A DNA stretch of 64,000 nucleotides from Patescibacteria group bacterium (GCA_041649715.1 JBAZMP010000001.1:82741-146740); one strand, 5' to 3'. Counted from the first letter of the stretch, positions 17,662 through 28,809 are shown. The notes: a model not told the origin generated them from the letters alone. A program made the numbers and translations.

Positions 17662-18942
17662 TTAGGCGGCCAGATTTTTTAGAAAATCCATCACCTTTTT
17701 TGAGGCCAAAACATTGGCCAGATACATTTTGTATTCGGCCGATTCCAGCTGTTTGATAATTTCCGGCTGGTTTTTGTAGGTTTCCTTGGTTTTTTTTATC
17801 TCGCTTTCAATTTCTTTCGGTTCGACTTCTATTTTTTCCTCTTTGGCGATATGCCGGATGATGAGAGCGGTCTTGATCCTTTTTTCCGCGGTGGGCTTCA
17901 GCTCATTTTTGAGGTCCTCAACGCTTTTTTTCAAGGCTTTCAGATAGTCCTCAAACTTCATCCCCTGATGCGTTACATCGTGTTCCAGCTCGCTGATCAT
18001 TTTAGAAAGTTCGGAATCAAGCAGGAGCTCGGGTATTTCCCCGAATTTTGATTTGCTCATAATGTCGTCCAGGATCTCTATCTCGAATCTTTGTTCTTCG
18101 CGCTCGTCCTTCCCCTTTTTGATGTTGTCAGAAAATTGTTTTTGCAGGCCGGCGAAATTTTCGAACTTACCGGCCATTTTGGCCAAATTATCATCAAGGG
18201 GAGGCAGCTCAATTTTATAAACGGCCAGCATTTTCACCTTAAATTCGGCCAAGCGGTTGGCCAGGTCTTTTTTGTGGTAGTCTTTGGGAAAACGCACTTT
18301 AAATTCTTTTACCTGTTCTTTGGCCATCCCCACCAGATTTTCTTCAAAACCCGGGATAAAACTTCCCTCCCCGATGATCAGGGGGTGTTTTTTGGAGGAA
18401 CCGCCTTCCAGGGGGACTTTGTCCAGGTAAACGTCAAAATCAATCTCGACTTTGTCGCCTCTGACGGCTTGTCTTTCTACGCTTATTTCTTTGCCGTACA
18501 TTCTCTGCAGATCTTTCAGCGCTTTGTCTATTTCTTTTTGCTCTACCGAAATTTGTTTCTTTCTGGCTCTAGTTTTTTTATAATCGCCCAGCTCGATCTT
18601 CGGCAATAAGCTGACCAGCGCTTTATAGACGACCGGATTGCCGGGGGCGAGTTTTTCCAAAGTGATTTTCGGCTGGCCGACGGCTTCCAAGCCTTGTTCA
18701 ATAACCGCCCGCGGATAAGTTTTTCGGATGATGTCTTCCGCCGCTTCTTGGTAAATAGCGGCTTCGCCCACCCTCTCTTTGACCATATCGTACGGCGCTT
18801 TACCCGGCCTAAACCCGGGAAAATTCATCTCTTTGGACATATTTGCCGCGGTGTTGAGCAAAAAAGGCTGCAGCTCAAAAACCGAAACCTCAATGGTCAG
18901 TTCCGCCAGGCTTTTGGGGAGTTTTTTCACTTCCACTTTCAT
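17662..18942 (-). CDS. tig: Trigger factor
   Basis: GFRPGKAP signature; FIPGFEE FKBP domain. Confidence 0.97.
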   Translation of the reverse strand: MKVEVKKLPKSLAELTIEVSVFELQPFLLNTAANMSKEMNFPGFRPGKAPYDMVKERVGEAAIYQEAAEDIIRKTYPRAVIEQGLEAVGQPKITLEKLAPGNPVVYKALVSLLPKIELGDYKKTRARKKQISVEQKEIDKALKDLQRMYGKEISVERQAVRGDKVEIDFDVYLDKVPLEGGSSKKHPLIIGEGSFIPGFEENLVGMAKEQVKEFKVRFPKDYHKKDLANRLAEFKVKMLAVYKIELPPLDDNLAKMAGKFENFAGLQKQFSDNIKKGKDEREEQRFEIEILDDIMSKSKFGEIPELLLDSELSKMISELEHDVTHQGMKFEDYLKALKKSVEDLKNELKPTAEKRIKTALIIRHIAKEEKIEVEPKEIESEIKKTKETYKNQPEIIKQLESAEYKMYLANVLASKKVMDFLKNLAA

Positions 18943-19097
18943 AATGTTATTAACGGATAATTAATAAATAATGCGGTTATTTTACCCTATTTTTTCATCT
19001 TTCGCAAACCCGTTTGACAGAAAAAAAAATTACTGATAAGATGGGCTATCATCTGAATTGTTCTTTTTCACATTATTCCTCAGGGGGGCGGACAACC

Positions 19098-19283
19098 ATG
19101 ACTTGCGAAATCATCGGTTTTGAGGAATTGAAGAAAAGATATAATTTGAGTCCAAGGCAGGAAGATTTTTTTGGGCGGTTAGCCAGACGCGGCTATTATT
19201 TCATGACGGCGCCAGACGGGAGGTTTTGGTCAGTATTAATAGACAAGGGTGAATCGTCGGGGGTTCAGGAAAAAACGGCCTGA
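19098..19283 (+). CDS. Small hypothetical protein
   Basis: Promoter TTGACA-17-TAAGAT (19014-19042); G-rich SD before the ATG at 19098. Confidence 0.5.
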   Translation: MTCEIIGFEELKKRYNLSPRQEDFFGRLARRGYYFMTAPDGRFWSVLIDKGESSGVQEKTA

Positions 19284-19301
19284 AAAAAAGGAGGAGTGGA
19301 C

Positions 19302-19523
19302 ATGAGTATAAGCGTCAAGATGGCAACGGAGGCGTTGGGCGGACCCGCCGCGAGAAGCAAAAAAGTCAAGGCATATTTGACGGCCCTGAAAAGAGGTGGT
19401 CTGGAATTGCGTCTCGCGGATCATCCCTATTCTCTTGATATTCATTTCAAGAAGGAACGTTTGGGAAATATGCACATCGATCCCGACGGCAAGCTTTGCT
19501 TTGAGAGCCATTTAGTAGTTTAG
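19302..19523 (+). CDS. Small hypothetical protein
   Basis: AGGAGGAG SD; followed by a terminator. Confidence 0.55.
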   Translation: MSISVKMATEALGGPAARSKKVKAYLTALKRGGLELRLADHPYSLDIHFKKERLGNMHIDPDGKLCFESHLVV

Positions 19524-19701
19524 GCAAAAAAATCGCCAAGGGAAGCGTTTACGCGCTTCCCTGTTTTTTTAATGCGAATGGGGCGGATTCAGGATCCGTC
19601 CTTCTCGTAATAAAACTAAAACTTTATCTGAAAGCTGATGTGGTTTTAGATTAAAGAGCGAGCCTGGGGGCTCGCTCTTCTCAATATATAATACGGATAA
19701 G

Positions 19702-21165
19702 TTAATCTTTCGGCCGGATGTCGATAATCCTTTTTTCCTTAAGTTCGGTGTCCATGCCGACGCGGTGTAGTATTTTGGCGACCGGCTCTTTCTCTATGAT
19801 CGGGGTCACGCCGACTTCATAGTTAAATTGGGACTTAAGTTTTTTCTCAAAGACCGGCCAATCGGTCTCTTTTTTCGGCGCGACATACAATACCATTTCA
19901 TCCACTTCAAAGGGGTCATTGTCTTTTTTCCGGATTTCTACCTGCCACTCATCAATTTCTCTCAGTCCGGAAAGAAGGGGATAAATATTATTAAGATTAA
20001 TCAGTTCGCCTTTCACTTTGGTCAAGTGAAACTCTTTCATATCAGAGGAACGTTGGATGTCAGGGAAGATCTGCGGTACCGTCAAACCGCAATGCGGGCA
20101 GGGATCATAGTTAATACCCTTGATCATGTCGCCGGTGCGGTAACGGACCACCATTGAGCCGCGCCAGCCAAGCAGGGTGATAGCCAATTCTCCGGACTCA
20201 CCTTCTTTGACCCGATTGCCCTCCTTATCCACGATTTCAAGAAATTCCAAGTCAGGATAAGTGTGGTAACCGGTGGTTTCTGAGCATTGGATCCAGGCGC
20301 TTTTGCTTTCGGTCATGGCGTAGGTGGCGTAAATTTGCGGCATTTTCGCCCCCATCTGTTCCAATATCTCCCGGGTTTTGTCCCGCAGGCCCTGGCCGAT
20401 CCTTTCTCCGCCGGTGATGATGTATTTAACATGAGATAAATTTCTTTTTTGTTCGGCTGCTTGCCTCAGCATATGATAGCCGTAGCCCGGGATATAGACG
20501 ACCAAAGAAGCTTTCATTTTTTCAATGGCGTCGATGATCTTCTGGGTACCCATCACTTTGCCGCCGCCAGTGTGCAGGCAGGTCATGCCGAGTTTGGTTA
20601 AAGCATAGTAAGCCAGCCAGAAAGCCAAGTGGGGTGAAAAGGGGAAAGCGTTGATCGCCACCTCGTCTCGCGAGACTTTTATAACACTTAACATTCTTTC
20701 CCCGGTTTCTTTCATCACTTCCAGGTCGCGGGCGGAATAGCCGAAGGGCGTCGGGGCGGCCGAGCGGCCGGTGGTAAAGTGGAGATGGATTGGTTTATAC
20801 TGCCACTCCAGTTCTCTTTTGAAATCCTGGCCTTTTATTTTTTTGGTCATGATTTTTAGAAGTTCCATCTTGCTCGCATATTTTTTTATCAGATGCTCGT
20901 CGGGTTGCAGGATAAAGGTTTTTGGCCGGCCGGGGTTATCGGCCGTGGGGGCAAGGTCCGCTTTGGAGGAAAGGGGGATTTTCCGCAGGTCATCCGTGGA
21001 TTTAATATCGGAAAACTTCAGATTGTTTTTGGCAAAAAGATCCCGGTAATAGGGCGAAAAGGGAAGTTGGTGCTGGATAAAATAAGCGGTTTTTTTGTCT
21101 TGCATTTTTTTGATCTCACCTTTTGGCAGGCGGGAGATTTTTTTCCAGCTTTCGTAAAGTTTCAT
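19702..21165 (-). CDS. Phenylacetate-CoA ligase-like adenylate-forming enzyme
   Basis: SPYYR, HFTTGRS P-loop variant, TYAMTE, RYRTGD. Confidence 0.85.
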   Translation of the reverse strand: MKLYESWKKISRLPKGEIKKMQDKKTAYFIQHQLPFSPYYRDLFAKNNLKFSDIKSTDDLRKIPLSSKADLAPTADNPGRPKTFILQPDEHLIKKYASKMELLKIMTKKIKGQDFKRELEWQYKPIHLHFTTGRSAAPTPFGYSARDLEVMKETGERMLSVIKVSRDEVAINAFPFSPHLAFWLAYYALTKLGMTCLHTGGGKVMGTQKIIDAIEKMKASLVVYIPGYGYHMLRQAAEQKRNLSHVKYIITGGERIGQGLRDKTREILEQMGAKMPQIYATYAMTESKSAWIQCSETTGYHTYPDLEFLEIVDKEGNRVKEGESGELAITLLGWRGSMVVRYRTGDMIKGINYDPCPHCGLTVPQIFPDIQRSSDMKEFHLTKVKGELINLNNIYPLLSGLREIDEWQVEIRKKDNDPFEVDEMVLYVAPKKETDWPVFEKKLKSQFNYEVGVTPIIEKEPVAKILHRVGMDTELKEKRIIDIRPKD

Positions 21166-21188
21166 AAGATTTTATTATTAATGATTTT

Positions 21189-21800
21189 TTAATAAGGATA
21201 GGTTTTGCCGCAAAGAGGGACGATCTGCCGCATGATTTGGCCTGTTAATTCTGACAGCAATTCTCTTGATATTTCCCGGCTGTAATACCTTTCAAAGGCT
21301 AGGGGTTTTCCGATATTTATTATGACCCTATGGCCGCCTGAAAGCAAATCGAAGACCGCTTGACAGTAGTTCTTGTGAATCTTGCTGATAATGCCTATCG
21401 GGATGACGGGCACTTGGGCGGCCAGGGCCATGCGCACAGTTCCAGTTTTGCCTTCCTGAAGGTTGTTTTCGTGGTTGCGTTGACCCTCAATAAAGTTGCA
21501 GATTATTTTTCCGCTTTTTAAATAATCAATAGCCTGTTTTAGGCTTTTTGTCTTATCGTTGGGGTCGATCGGCAGGGTGGCGGCTGACCACCAGTAATTA
21601 TTGGTCTTGGAAAGAAAATAGACGTCTTGTTTTTTTGTCTTCTCAAAGGCGAGAGAAACAAAAAAACCGTCCAGATAATCAACATGGTTGATGGCGATCA
21701 AATAAGGCCTTTTTAACGGCAGATTTTCCAGCCCGTTGATCTCTTTGTATTTATTTCTGAAAAAGGGAAGCAGGATTTTTTTGGCGGCGGAATATCGCAT
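21189..21800 (-). CDS. Lysophospholipid acyltransferase (PlsC-like)
   Basis: NHVDYLD; FIEGQR; K.G..R.A; PVIP. Confidence 0.9.
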   Translation of the reverse strand: MRYSAAKKILLPFFRNKYKEINGLENLPLKRPYLIAINHVDYLDGFFVSLAFEKTKKQDVYFLSKTNNYWWSAATLPIDPNDKTKSLKQAIDYLKSGKIICNFIEGQRNHENNLQEGKTGTVRMALAAQVPVIPIGIISKIHKNYCQAVFDLLSGGHRVIINIGKPLAFERYYSREISRELLSELTGQIMRQIVPLCGKTYPY

Positions 21801-21802
21801 AT

Positions 21803-22438
21803 TTAGAAGGGATAATTTTTTTGGCAGAGCTGGCCGATTGAAAGCATGATTTCCCGGGTGATGTTTTCCAGCGTTTCTTTTGTGATTTCTGAAGGGTAAT
21901 ATTTTTCAAGATTTAAGGGCCGGCCGATAATTATTCTTGCCTTATTTTTGGGAAAAAGGGCGTTTTTTAAGGCCTCAAAAACTCCTTTACCGGGGGGGCT
22001 TACTATGCCGAGGGGAATCACGGGCACTTTGGCCATTAGGGCTAATCTTGCCGCTCCTGTTTTTCCTTTTAAGAGGTTCTTTCGGTCGTAGTTTCTTGTG
22101 CCTTCTGGGAAAATACAGACGATCTCGCCCCTTTTTAAATATTCTAAAGCGGTATCCAAACATTTTGCCTTATCTTTCAAGTCAATATAGATCATGCCCA
22201 GATAATTGGTCCCGAATTTCCCGAATTTCCAACTCAGTTCTTGTTTGGCCAGGGAATAAATAATCCTTTTGATGTAAGGAACAATTCCCGCCCATAAGAA
22301 AATCGGGTCAAGATAGCTTTGATGATTGGGAGTAAGGATATAATTGCCTTTGGGAGGCAGATTTTCCAGCCCTTCGATTGGTTCGAGGTTGCGTTTTAAA
22401 ACCGCCAGGGCTAATTTAATGAACCAGGGGTATTTCAT
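21803..22438 (-). CDS. Lysophospholipid acyltransferase (PlsC-like)
   Basis: NHQSYLD; FPEGTR; start MKYPW preferred. Confidence 0.9.
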   Translation of the reverse strand: MKYPWFIKLALAVLKRNLEPIEGLENLPPKGNYILTPNHQSYLDPIFLWAGIVPYIKRIIYSLAKQELSWKFGKFGTNYLGMIYIDLKDKAKCLDTALEYLKRGEIVCIFPEGTRNYDRKNLLKGKTGAARLALMAKVPVIPLGIVSPPGKGVFEALKNALFPKNKARIIIGRPLNLEKYYPSEITKETLENITREIMLSIGQLCQKNYPF

Positions 22439-23058
22439 AGGGAAACATCCTCCGGCGGCATTTTTTTGCCGCAAAGCTGGGAAATTTCGGCCATGATTAG
22501 CCGGGATACTTTATGCAAAAGGTATTCGTCTTCCCTTTGCCCGTAAAATTCCGGAAAAGTCATCGGCCGGCCGACTTTAATCGTCGGTCTGGCGGGAGTC
22601 AAAAAAAAGCGCAAAATTCCTGGAATAAAAGTTCTTCCTTTTGTTCCTTTGATGCCTATCGGAATGACGGGCCGCCCGGATCGCAAGGCGAGTCGGGCGA
22701 CGCCGGTTTTCGGTTCGCGTAAAGTTCTTTCCGAATTGGAATTCCCTTCTGGAAAAATCGCGACTATTTTGCCTTTTTTTATTAAATCTACGAATATATC
22801 GACCGTTTTCGCCTTATTTTTAGGATCAATAGGAATGGCCCCCATCCATTTGAATTTTTTCGTGGCCGCCACGGCGTATATTTTTTTGTTAATTACTTTC
22901 GTTAAGGCCGCCCAAATGAAAGGCGAGTCAATCCAGGCGTTATGATTCGCGGCGATGATAAAATTACTCTGTTGCGGGATATTTTCCAGACCCTCGATCC
23001 CCTTTATTTTCAAGCGGAGCAAAGGGATAACATTGAACTTAAAAAAAGTATAAGCCAA
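22435..23058 (-). CDS. Lysophospholipid acyltransferase (PlsC-like)
   Basis: NHNAWID; FPEG. Confidence 0.9.
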   Translation of the reverse strand: MAYTFFKFNVIPLLRLKIKGIEGLENIPQQSNFIIAANHNAWIDSPFIWAALTKVINKKIYAVAATKKFKWMGAIPIDPKNKAKTVDIFVDLIKKGKIVAIFPEGNSNSERTLREPKTGVARLALRSGRPVIPIGIKGTKGRTFIPGILRFFLTPARPTIKVGRPMTFPEFYGQREDEYLLHKVSRLIMAEISQLCGKKMPPEDVSL

Positions 23059-23081
23059 TATTTTATGATTAAGATATTAGT

Positions 23082-25055
23082 TTACATGAAGATAGGCGCC
23101 AGCACCAAGGATACCATGGCCATTAATTTTATAAGGATATTCATAGCCGGGCCGGATGTGTCCTTAAAAGGATCGCCCAGGGTGTCGCCGACAATCGCCG
23201 CTTTGTGCGCTTCCGAGCCCTTGCCGCCGAAATTGCCTTTTTCAATGTATTTTTTCGCGTTGTCCCAGGCGCCGCCGCCATTGCCCATCATCAAGGCTAA
23301 GAAAACGCCGACCAGAGTCGCGCCGGCAAGCAAGCCCCCCAAGGCTTCCTTGCCTAAAATCAAGCCGACCGCAATCGGGGCAACAATCGCGAGCAAACCC
23401 GGAATGATCATTTCTTTCAGGGCTCCCTGGACAGCGATAGAAATACATTTATTGGGGTCTGACTTGGCTTTGCCCTCCATCAGGCCGACAATTTCTTTGA
23501 ATTGCCGCCTGATTTCATTGACCATTTTGTAAGCCGTGCGGCCGACCGCCGTCATGGTGAGGGAGGCGATTAAAAAGGGAATGATGCCGCCGATAAAAAG
23601 GCCGGTCACGACGGAGGCTTTGGTCAGGTCAATGCTGGTCAGCTTTACAGCCGTGGTGTAGGCGGCAAATAAAGCCAAAGCGGTTAAAGCGGCCGAGCCG
23701 ATGGCAAAACCCTTGCCAATGGCGGCGGTGGTATTGCCGAGCGAATCTAGCCGGTCGGTAATTTCCCGGGTTTTTTCGCCCAGGCCGGACATTTCGGTGA
23801 TGCCGCCGGCGTTGTCAGCGATCGGACCGTAGGCGTCCACCGACATGGTCACTCCGATGGTGGCCAGCATCCCGACGGCCGAGATAGCGATGCCGTAAAG
23901 GCCGGCCAGCTGGTAAGAAAAGTAGACGGCCACCGCGATAATCAAGACCGGTAAAGCAGTGCTTTCCATGGCGACCGCCAGGCCGGTGATGACATTGGTG
24001 GCGGCGCCGGTTTCCGAAGCCTTGGCGATTTTTATGATCGGTTTTGAGGAAGTGTAATACTCGGTCAGCAGGCCGATTAGGATGCCCGTTAAAGTGCCAA
24101 GCGATACGGTCCAGAAAATTTTTGTGGGCAAGCCTAGTCTTTGGACAATAAAATAAGTGGCGATTAAAAGCAGGAGCGCCGCGACATAGGTCACATATCT
24201 TAATATTGTTTGGGGGTTTAATTTGGAGAATATCTTTACGGAAAATACGCCGATAACAGAAGCCAGTAAGCCGGCGATGACGATCCAGAGAGGGAGAGCC
24301 ATCCGAGCTAGTTTTTCACTGGCAAAAGCGATGCTGGTGGCGGCCAGAGCGACGGTGGCGATTACCGAGCCGACATACGATTCAAAAAGGTCAGCGCCTA
24401 AACCCGCCACGTCACCGACATTGTCGCCGACGTTGTCAGCGATCACGCCGGGATTGCGGGGATCATCTTCGGGGATGCCCGCTTCCAGTTTGCCGACCAG
24501 GTCCGCCCCGACATCAGCTGACTTGGTATAGATACCGCCGCCGACCCGGGCAAAAAGAGCGATCGAGGAAGCGCCCATAGCGAAGCCGGAAAGGACGGCC
24601 GGATCTATCTCATGAAAAAAATAGTAGTAAATACCCATACCGATTAAACCCAAAGAGGCGACAGACAAGCCCATAATGGCGCCGCCTAAGAAAGAAATAT
24701 TCAGAGCCTTTGATTGCCCCGCGGTATGAGCGGCGTTGGCCGTCCGGACATTCGCCTGGGTGGCGCCGGACATGCCAAAAAAACCGGCGAGCATGGAGCA
24801 GAGGCCACCGGAAACATAGGCTATTCCCGACCAAATCCCGATTTTCCAGGAAAGCAGGCCAAAAATCACGACCACAAAAATGGCGATTATCGTGTATTCT
24901 TTCTTCAAAAATACCATGGCACCGTGATGAATTTTATCGGAAATTTCTTTCATCAAATCTGTTCCGGCCGGATTTTTTTTGACACTAAAATAAAGAGCAA
25001 GGGTAATCAAAAGGCCAAAAAAGCCGAAGATAAGGGAGTAAATGCCGACATTCAT
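23082..25055 (-). CDS. hppA: Membrane Na+/H+-translocating pyrophosphatase (K+-dependent GNTTAA type)
   Basis: [26 protein letters not shown]. Confidence 0.96.
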   Translation of the reverse strand: MNVGIYSLIFGFFGLLITLALYFSVKKNPAGTDLMKEISDKIHHGAMVFLKKEYTIIAIFVVVIFGLLSWKIGIWSGIAYVSGGLCSMLAGFFGMSGATQANVRTANAAHTAGQSKALNISFLGGAIMGLSVASLGLIGMGIYYYFFHEIDPAVLSGFAMGASSIALFARVGGGIYTKSADVGADLVGKLEAGIPEDDPRNPGVIADNVGDNVGDVAGLGADLFESYVGSVIATVALAATSIAFASEKLARMALPLWIVIAGLLASVIGVFSVKIFSKLNPQTILRYVTYVAALLLLIATYFIVQRLGLPTKIFWTVSLGTLTGILIGLLTEYYTSSKPIIKIAKASETGAATNVITGLAVAMESTALPVLIIAVAVYFSYQLAGLYGIAISAVGMLATIGVTMSVDAYGPIADNAGGITEMSGLGEKTREITDRLDSLGNTTAAIGKGFAIGSAALTALALFAAYTTAVKLTSIDLTKASVVTGLFIGGIIPFLIASLTMTAVGRTAYKMVNEIRRQFKEIVGLMEGKAKSDPNKCISIAVQGALKEMIIPGLLAIVAPIAVGLILGKEALGGLLAGATLVGVFLALMMGNGGGAWDNAKKYIEKGNFGGKGSEAHKAAIVGDTLGDPFKDTSGPAMNILIKLMAMVSLVLAPIFM

Positions 25056-25134
25056 AATTTTTGTTTTTTAGTTGATTAATTATTATCGGGGTTTCGCCCG
25101 CATTGTTTATTGGGAGATTTATCTCGCTTAATTT

Positions 25135-26508
25135 TTACTTTTGTTCTTCTTTTTTGGCCTCTTTGGTTTTTGGTTCTTCGGATTCAACCTCTTTTGTTGC
25201 TGATTTTTGCTCGGTTTTCTTTTTTTTCTCTTTTTTAGGCTTGGTTTCTTCTTTCTCTTTCTCTTTTTCCTCTTTTTTACTTTCTACCGCTTTCTTTTCT
25301 TTTTCCGTCTTTTCCTCTTTTCCCCCTTTTTCATCTTCTTTTTTCTCGACTTCTACCTTTTCTTCGGTTTTAACTTCAATCTTTTCACCTTTTTTTTCAC
25401 TGGAGACGATATCTATCTTCCAGCCGGTTAATTTGGCGGCTAATCTCACATTTTGCCCGCCCTTGCCGATCGCCAGGGACAGTTGATCTTCTTTCACTTC
25501 CGCCGTAGCGGTTTTTTCTTCCTTGTTAAGCTTGATGCTTATGATTTTGGCGGGCGACAAGGCATTGGTGATGAATTCGACGGGATCTTCGGAGTATTGG
25601 ATGATGTCGATTTTTTCTCCGCCGATTTCCGAGATGATCGTTTGAACCCGTGAGCCGCGTTGGCCGACGCAGGAGCCGACCGGATCAATATTTTTTTGGT
25701 TGGATTTTACGGCAATCTTTGTCCGGGAGCCGGCTTCCCTGGCCACTGACTTTATTTCAACCGTGCCGGCGCTGATTTCAGGCACTTCCAGCGTAAAGAG
25801 CCTCTTGACCATATCGGGGTGGGCGCGTGAGACGATAATCTCCGGACCTTTTGTGGTTTGGTTGACGGAGACGACAAAGACTTTTAGGCGTTCTCCTGGT
25901 CGGTATCTTTCGCTCATGATCTGCTCGTTAGGCGTCATGAGACCAGTGGTCTGGCCTAAGTCAACGAGAACAAATCTTCTTTCCTGTCTTTGGACAATGC
26001 CGCTGATGATTTCGCCTTCTTTGCCCTTGAAGTCTTTGAACAGATTCTCTCTTTCCGCTTCGCGCAGGCGCTGAATGATTACTTGTTTGGCTGTTTGCGC
26101 TGCCATGCGGCCGTAAGCGGTCGGCGGAAAAAGTTCGGTAATTATTTCATCGCCTAATTTGGCGTCTTTTTTGATTTTTTTCGCTTCCGTCAGAGTCAGA
26201 TTTTTTCTGACGTCAAATTTTTCAAATTCTTCTTCTTCGGGTTTTACTTCTTCGCCTTTTTCTTTTCTTTCCTTTATTTTCATGGTCTGGTCGTAGATTT
26301 CGTCGGTGACCACCGTTTTCACGTCAAAAACCCGTGAAGTGGAATCTTCCAAGTTGAATTCGACCTTAATGTTCTGGTTTTTTTCGCCGAAATCCTTGCG
26401 GTAGGCCACGGCCAGGGCCGCTTCAATGGTTTCGATCACGGATTCGAAAGAGATATTCTTTTCCTCGCAGATTTGCTTAATTGCCTGGTTTATTTCATTT
26501 TGAGCCAT
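25135..26508 (-). CDS. nusA: Transcription factor NusA with a Lys/Glu-rich tail
   Basis: AAQTAKQV, REAG.RTKIAV, AIGKGGQNVRLA. Confidence 0.97.
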   Translation of the reverse strand: MAQNEINQAIKQICEEKNISFESVIETIEAALAVAYRKDFGEKNQNIKVEFNLEDSTSRVFDVKTVVTDEIYDQTMKIKERKEKGEEVKPEEEEFEKFDVRKNLTLTEAKKIKKDAKLGDEIITELFPPTAYGRMAAQTAKQVIIQRLREAERENLFKDFKGKEGEIISGIVQRQERRFVLVDLGQTTGLMTPNEQIMSERYRPGERLKVFVVSVNQTTKGPEIIVSRAHPDMVKRLFTLEVPEISAGTVEIKSVAREAGSRTKIAVKSNQKNIDPVGSCVGQRGSRVQTIISEIGGEKIDIIQYSEDPVEFITNALSPAKIISIKLNKEEKTATAEVKEDQLSLAIGKGGQNVRLAAKLTGWKIDIVSSEKKGEKIEVKTEEKVEVEKKEDEKGGKEEKTEKEKKAVESKKEEKEKEKEETKPKKEKKKKTEQKSATKEVESEEPKTKEAKKEEQK

Positions 26509-26672
26509 ATTATATGATATGTTTATTGATTAGTCTTTTTTCAAAAAAATAGACTAGTTTAAATACTAGTCTTATGTTGACATTATATAACAAGGGTCAA
26601 AATATGGCAAATAAGTCTTTAGGGGGATAGATTTTTTCAAAAATACGCGCCATATTTTGCCATTTACCGGGG

Positions 26673-27032
26673 TTACAAAATTTTTAAGTGCCGGATGATT
26701 ATTTTTTTAACCGGACGGCAAAAAGTGAGGGAAATAATTTCAAACCGCCAGGCGGCTTTTTCTATTTGGTTTTTTTCCAGGTATTTTTCGATGACCGCGG
26801 CATATTTTTGCCTTTTCTTGAAGTCAACCGCTTGTTCCGGCGGGCCGAAAAGCCATGAGGTGCGGGTTTTTACCTCGACAAAAACCAGCTCGTCTCTGAA
26901 TTCAGCGATAAGGTCGATTTCCCCTTCGCGGACGCGAAAATTTTTCTGTCTGATCCGGTAGCCTTTGTGCAACAGATATTTTTCGGCGATTTTTTCTCCG
27001 ATAAAACCCAGTTTTTGGCGATAATTTTTCAT
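26673..27032 (-). CDS. YraN family endonuclease-like protein
   Basis: GE..A..YL...GY, GEIDLIA, LVFVEVKTR. Confidence 0.93.
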   Translation of the reverse strand: MKNYRQKLGFIGEKIAEKYLLHKGYRIRQKNFRVREGEIDLIAEFRDELVFVEVKTRTSWLFGPPEQAVDFKKRQKYAAVIEKYLEKNQIEKAAWRFEIISLTFCRPVKKIIIRHLKIL

Positions 27033-27080
27033 ATAAAAAACAGTTGCTTTGTTTTTCAGCCACCGTTTTATTTTTACTAA

Positions 27081-27644
27081 TTAAGAAATTTTGGTAAAGA
27101 TAAGTCCGTAATGAAATTGGCCGGCCTTGAAATCGTCCATCAAAGCGAGATCGCAGGCAGCAGCCAATTGTTTGACTCTTTCGCGGGCGACGATATTTTT
27201 TTCCTGGGGCCCAAAAACAATCCCCGCGGTGATCCAGTCAATGACCAGGAGACGCCCTTCCTTTTTCAGCGTCCGGCCGCATTCTTTTAAGATCTCTTTT
27301 TGTTTTTTTGACTGATTGAGAACATTGACTAAAAGACCGCGGTCCAGGCTTTCATTTTTTATTCTTTTGGCGGCGCCGTAGATTTCCAGATCTGACCAGA
27401 CGCAGCGGATCGTTTGGTCTAACCCCCGGAATTTGGCGATGGCCCACAAGGCGGAAAGATTGGGTTTAAAAATATCGACGGCAAAAACCCGGCCTTTCGG
27501 TCCGACCATTTCGGCCGCCTGCAAGGTAAAATAACCGGAACCGCCGGAGCCAAAAACGCCGACGCGCATCGCGAGGCTTATTTCCAGACGCTCCAGGAGC
27601 ACGGCTGGCTCCAGATAGGTTTTGCCGGAGGGAAGTCTGACCAT
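27081..27644 (-). CDS. SAM-dependent methyltransferase-like protein
   Basis: FGSGGSGYF, VFAVD, LK.EG.LLVIDW. Confidence 0.8.
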   Translation of the reverse strand: MVRLPSGKTYLEPAVLLERLEISLAMRVGVFGSGGSGYFTLQAAEMVGPKGRVFAVDIFKPNLSALWAIAKFRGLDQTIRCVWSDLEIYGAAKRIKNESLDRGLLVNVLNQSKKQKEILKECGRTLKKEGRLLVIDWITAGIVFGPQEKNIVARERVKQLAAACDLALMDDFKAGQFHYGLIFTKIS

Positions 27645-27664
27645 GAATTTATTATAGCAAATTT

Positions 27665-28267
27665 TTAGGTTTTTTGTAAGGGCTTGAACGAGAATCGGTG
27701 CAAAAAGCAGGGGCCGTGTTTCCGAAGGGCGGCCAGATGATGGCCGGTGCCATAGCCTTTATTGACTTCAAATTGATAGTGGGGATATTGACGGCTTTTT
27801 TTGACCATATACCGGTCGCGGGAAACTTTAGCGAGGATGGAGGCGGCGGCAATGGAAAAGACCTTTTCATCGCCTTTAACGATTGAGGCGGAAGGCGGGC
27901 GTGTTTTTAGGCGGTGAGCGTCGATTAAGAGGAAGTCGGGTTTTACTTTTAATTTATTGACGGCCATTTCCATGACCTTAAAATTTGCCGCTTGGATGCC
28001 GATTTTATCGATTTGTTTCTGATTTATGGAAGCAACCGCCCAAGCCAAGGCTTGCGTCGTGATTTTTTGGTAGAGGTATGATCTCTGTTCCGGATCGAGC
28101 TTTTTTGAATCGTTTACGCCGGTAATTTTAACCCCTTTTTTAAAAATCACCGCGCCGGCGTAGATCGGTCCGGCGATCGGTCCTCGGCCGGCTTCATCAA
28201 CGCCGGCGATATATTTATAACCCTTTTTCCAGAGTTTTTTTTCTTCTTCCTGGGTCGGAAATTTCAT
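27665..28267 (-). CDS. rnhB: Ribonuclease HII
   Basis: GVDEAGRGP, DSKKL, AAASILAKVSRD. Confidence 0.97.
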   Translation of the reverse strand: MKFPTQEEEKKLWKKGYKYIAGVDEAGRGPIAGPIYAGAVIFKKGVKITGVNDSKKLDPEQRSYLYQKITTQALAWAVASINQKQIDKIGIQAANFKVMEMAVNKLKVKPDFLLIDAHRLKTRPPSASIVKGDEKVFSIAAASILAKVSRDRYMVKKSRQYPHYQFEVNKGYGTGHHLAALRKHGPCFLHRFSFKPLQKT

Positions 28268-28295
28268 GACCTAAGTATAAGGGTTTTTTAAAATA

Positions 28296-28521
28296 AAAAA
28301 AATGGGGCTCACTTGGCTTGAATAAGCTCAAGATATTGCCCCCGTTTCGTGGCCTAGGGCTAAGAAGCCCGCTCAATTCGTGAAGTTAATCACGCGATTG
28401 GGATTATCCCTAGGCTTGGCCGCTAATGCGGCGTGCCACTTATTGCCCTTGCGGGCGTCTTCAATGATAGGATCGGTTCTGTCCGATCCTCCGTTCCGGG
28501 CCCCTCAACCTGTGAGGAGAC
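28296..28521 (-). ncRNA. Putative structured ncRNA 1
   Basis: TTGACA-17-TAAAAT promoter (28556-28528), GC-rich multi-hairpin body, U-tract end, no ORF. Confidence 0.5.
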
Positions 28522-28578
28522 ATATATATTTTAGTCTCATCTCTTATGGCTGTCAATAATATATTAAATATTTAAGAT

Positions 28579-28809
28579 AAAAAAAATTTGGGCCGAGCTT
28601 ATTTCAGACTCGGCCCCGACGATATTCTATGTTGCGAAGCAATGGTTGTCCCTTACTACGGTACCTTCTGAGGTCTCCTCACGGAATCCTCCCTCGGTTT
28701 GGTATTGAAGGGGTACGCCCATTTGCGCGGGGCATCAGCCCCGACCACGCGTCCTCATTAGAGCCAAGACATCTTTTTTCCGGCGCTAATAGGGACGAAA
28801 AACAACGAT
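28579..28809 (-). ncRNA. Putative structured ncRNA 2
   Basis: TTGACA (28844-28839) plus extended -10, hairpin-rich body, GGGCCGAG/CTCGGCCC terminator. Confidence 0.45.

Noticed and set aside
28296-28521. tmRNA or RNase P RNA
   Set aside because: GGGGCCC and ACAGAACC fragments are suggestive, but there is no T-arm/CCA end, tag frame or GAGGAAAGTCC motif
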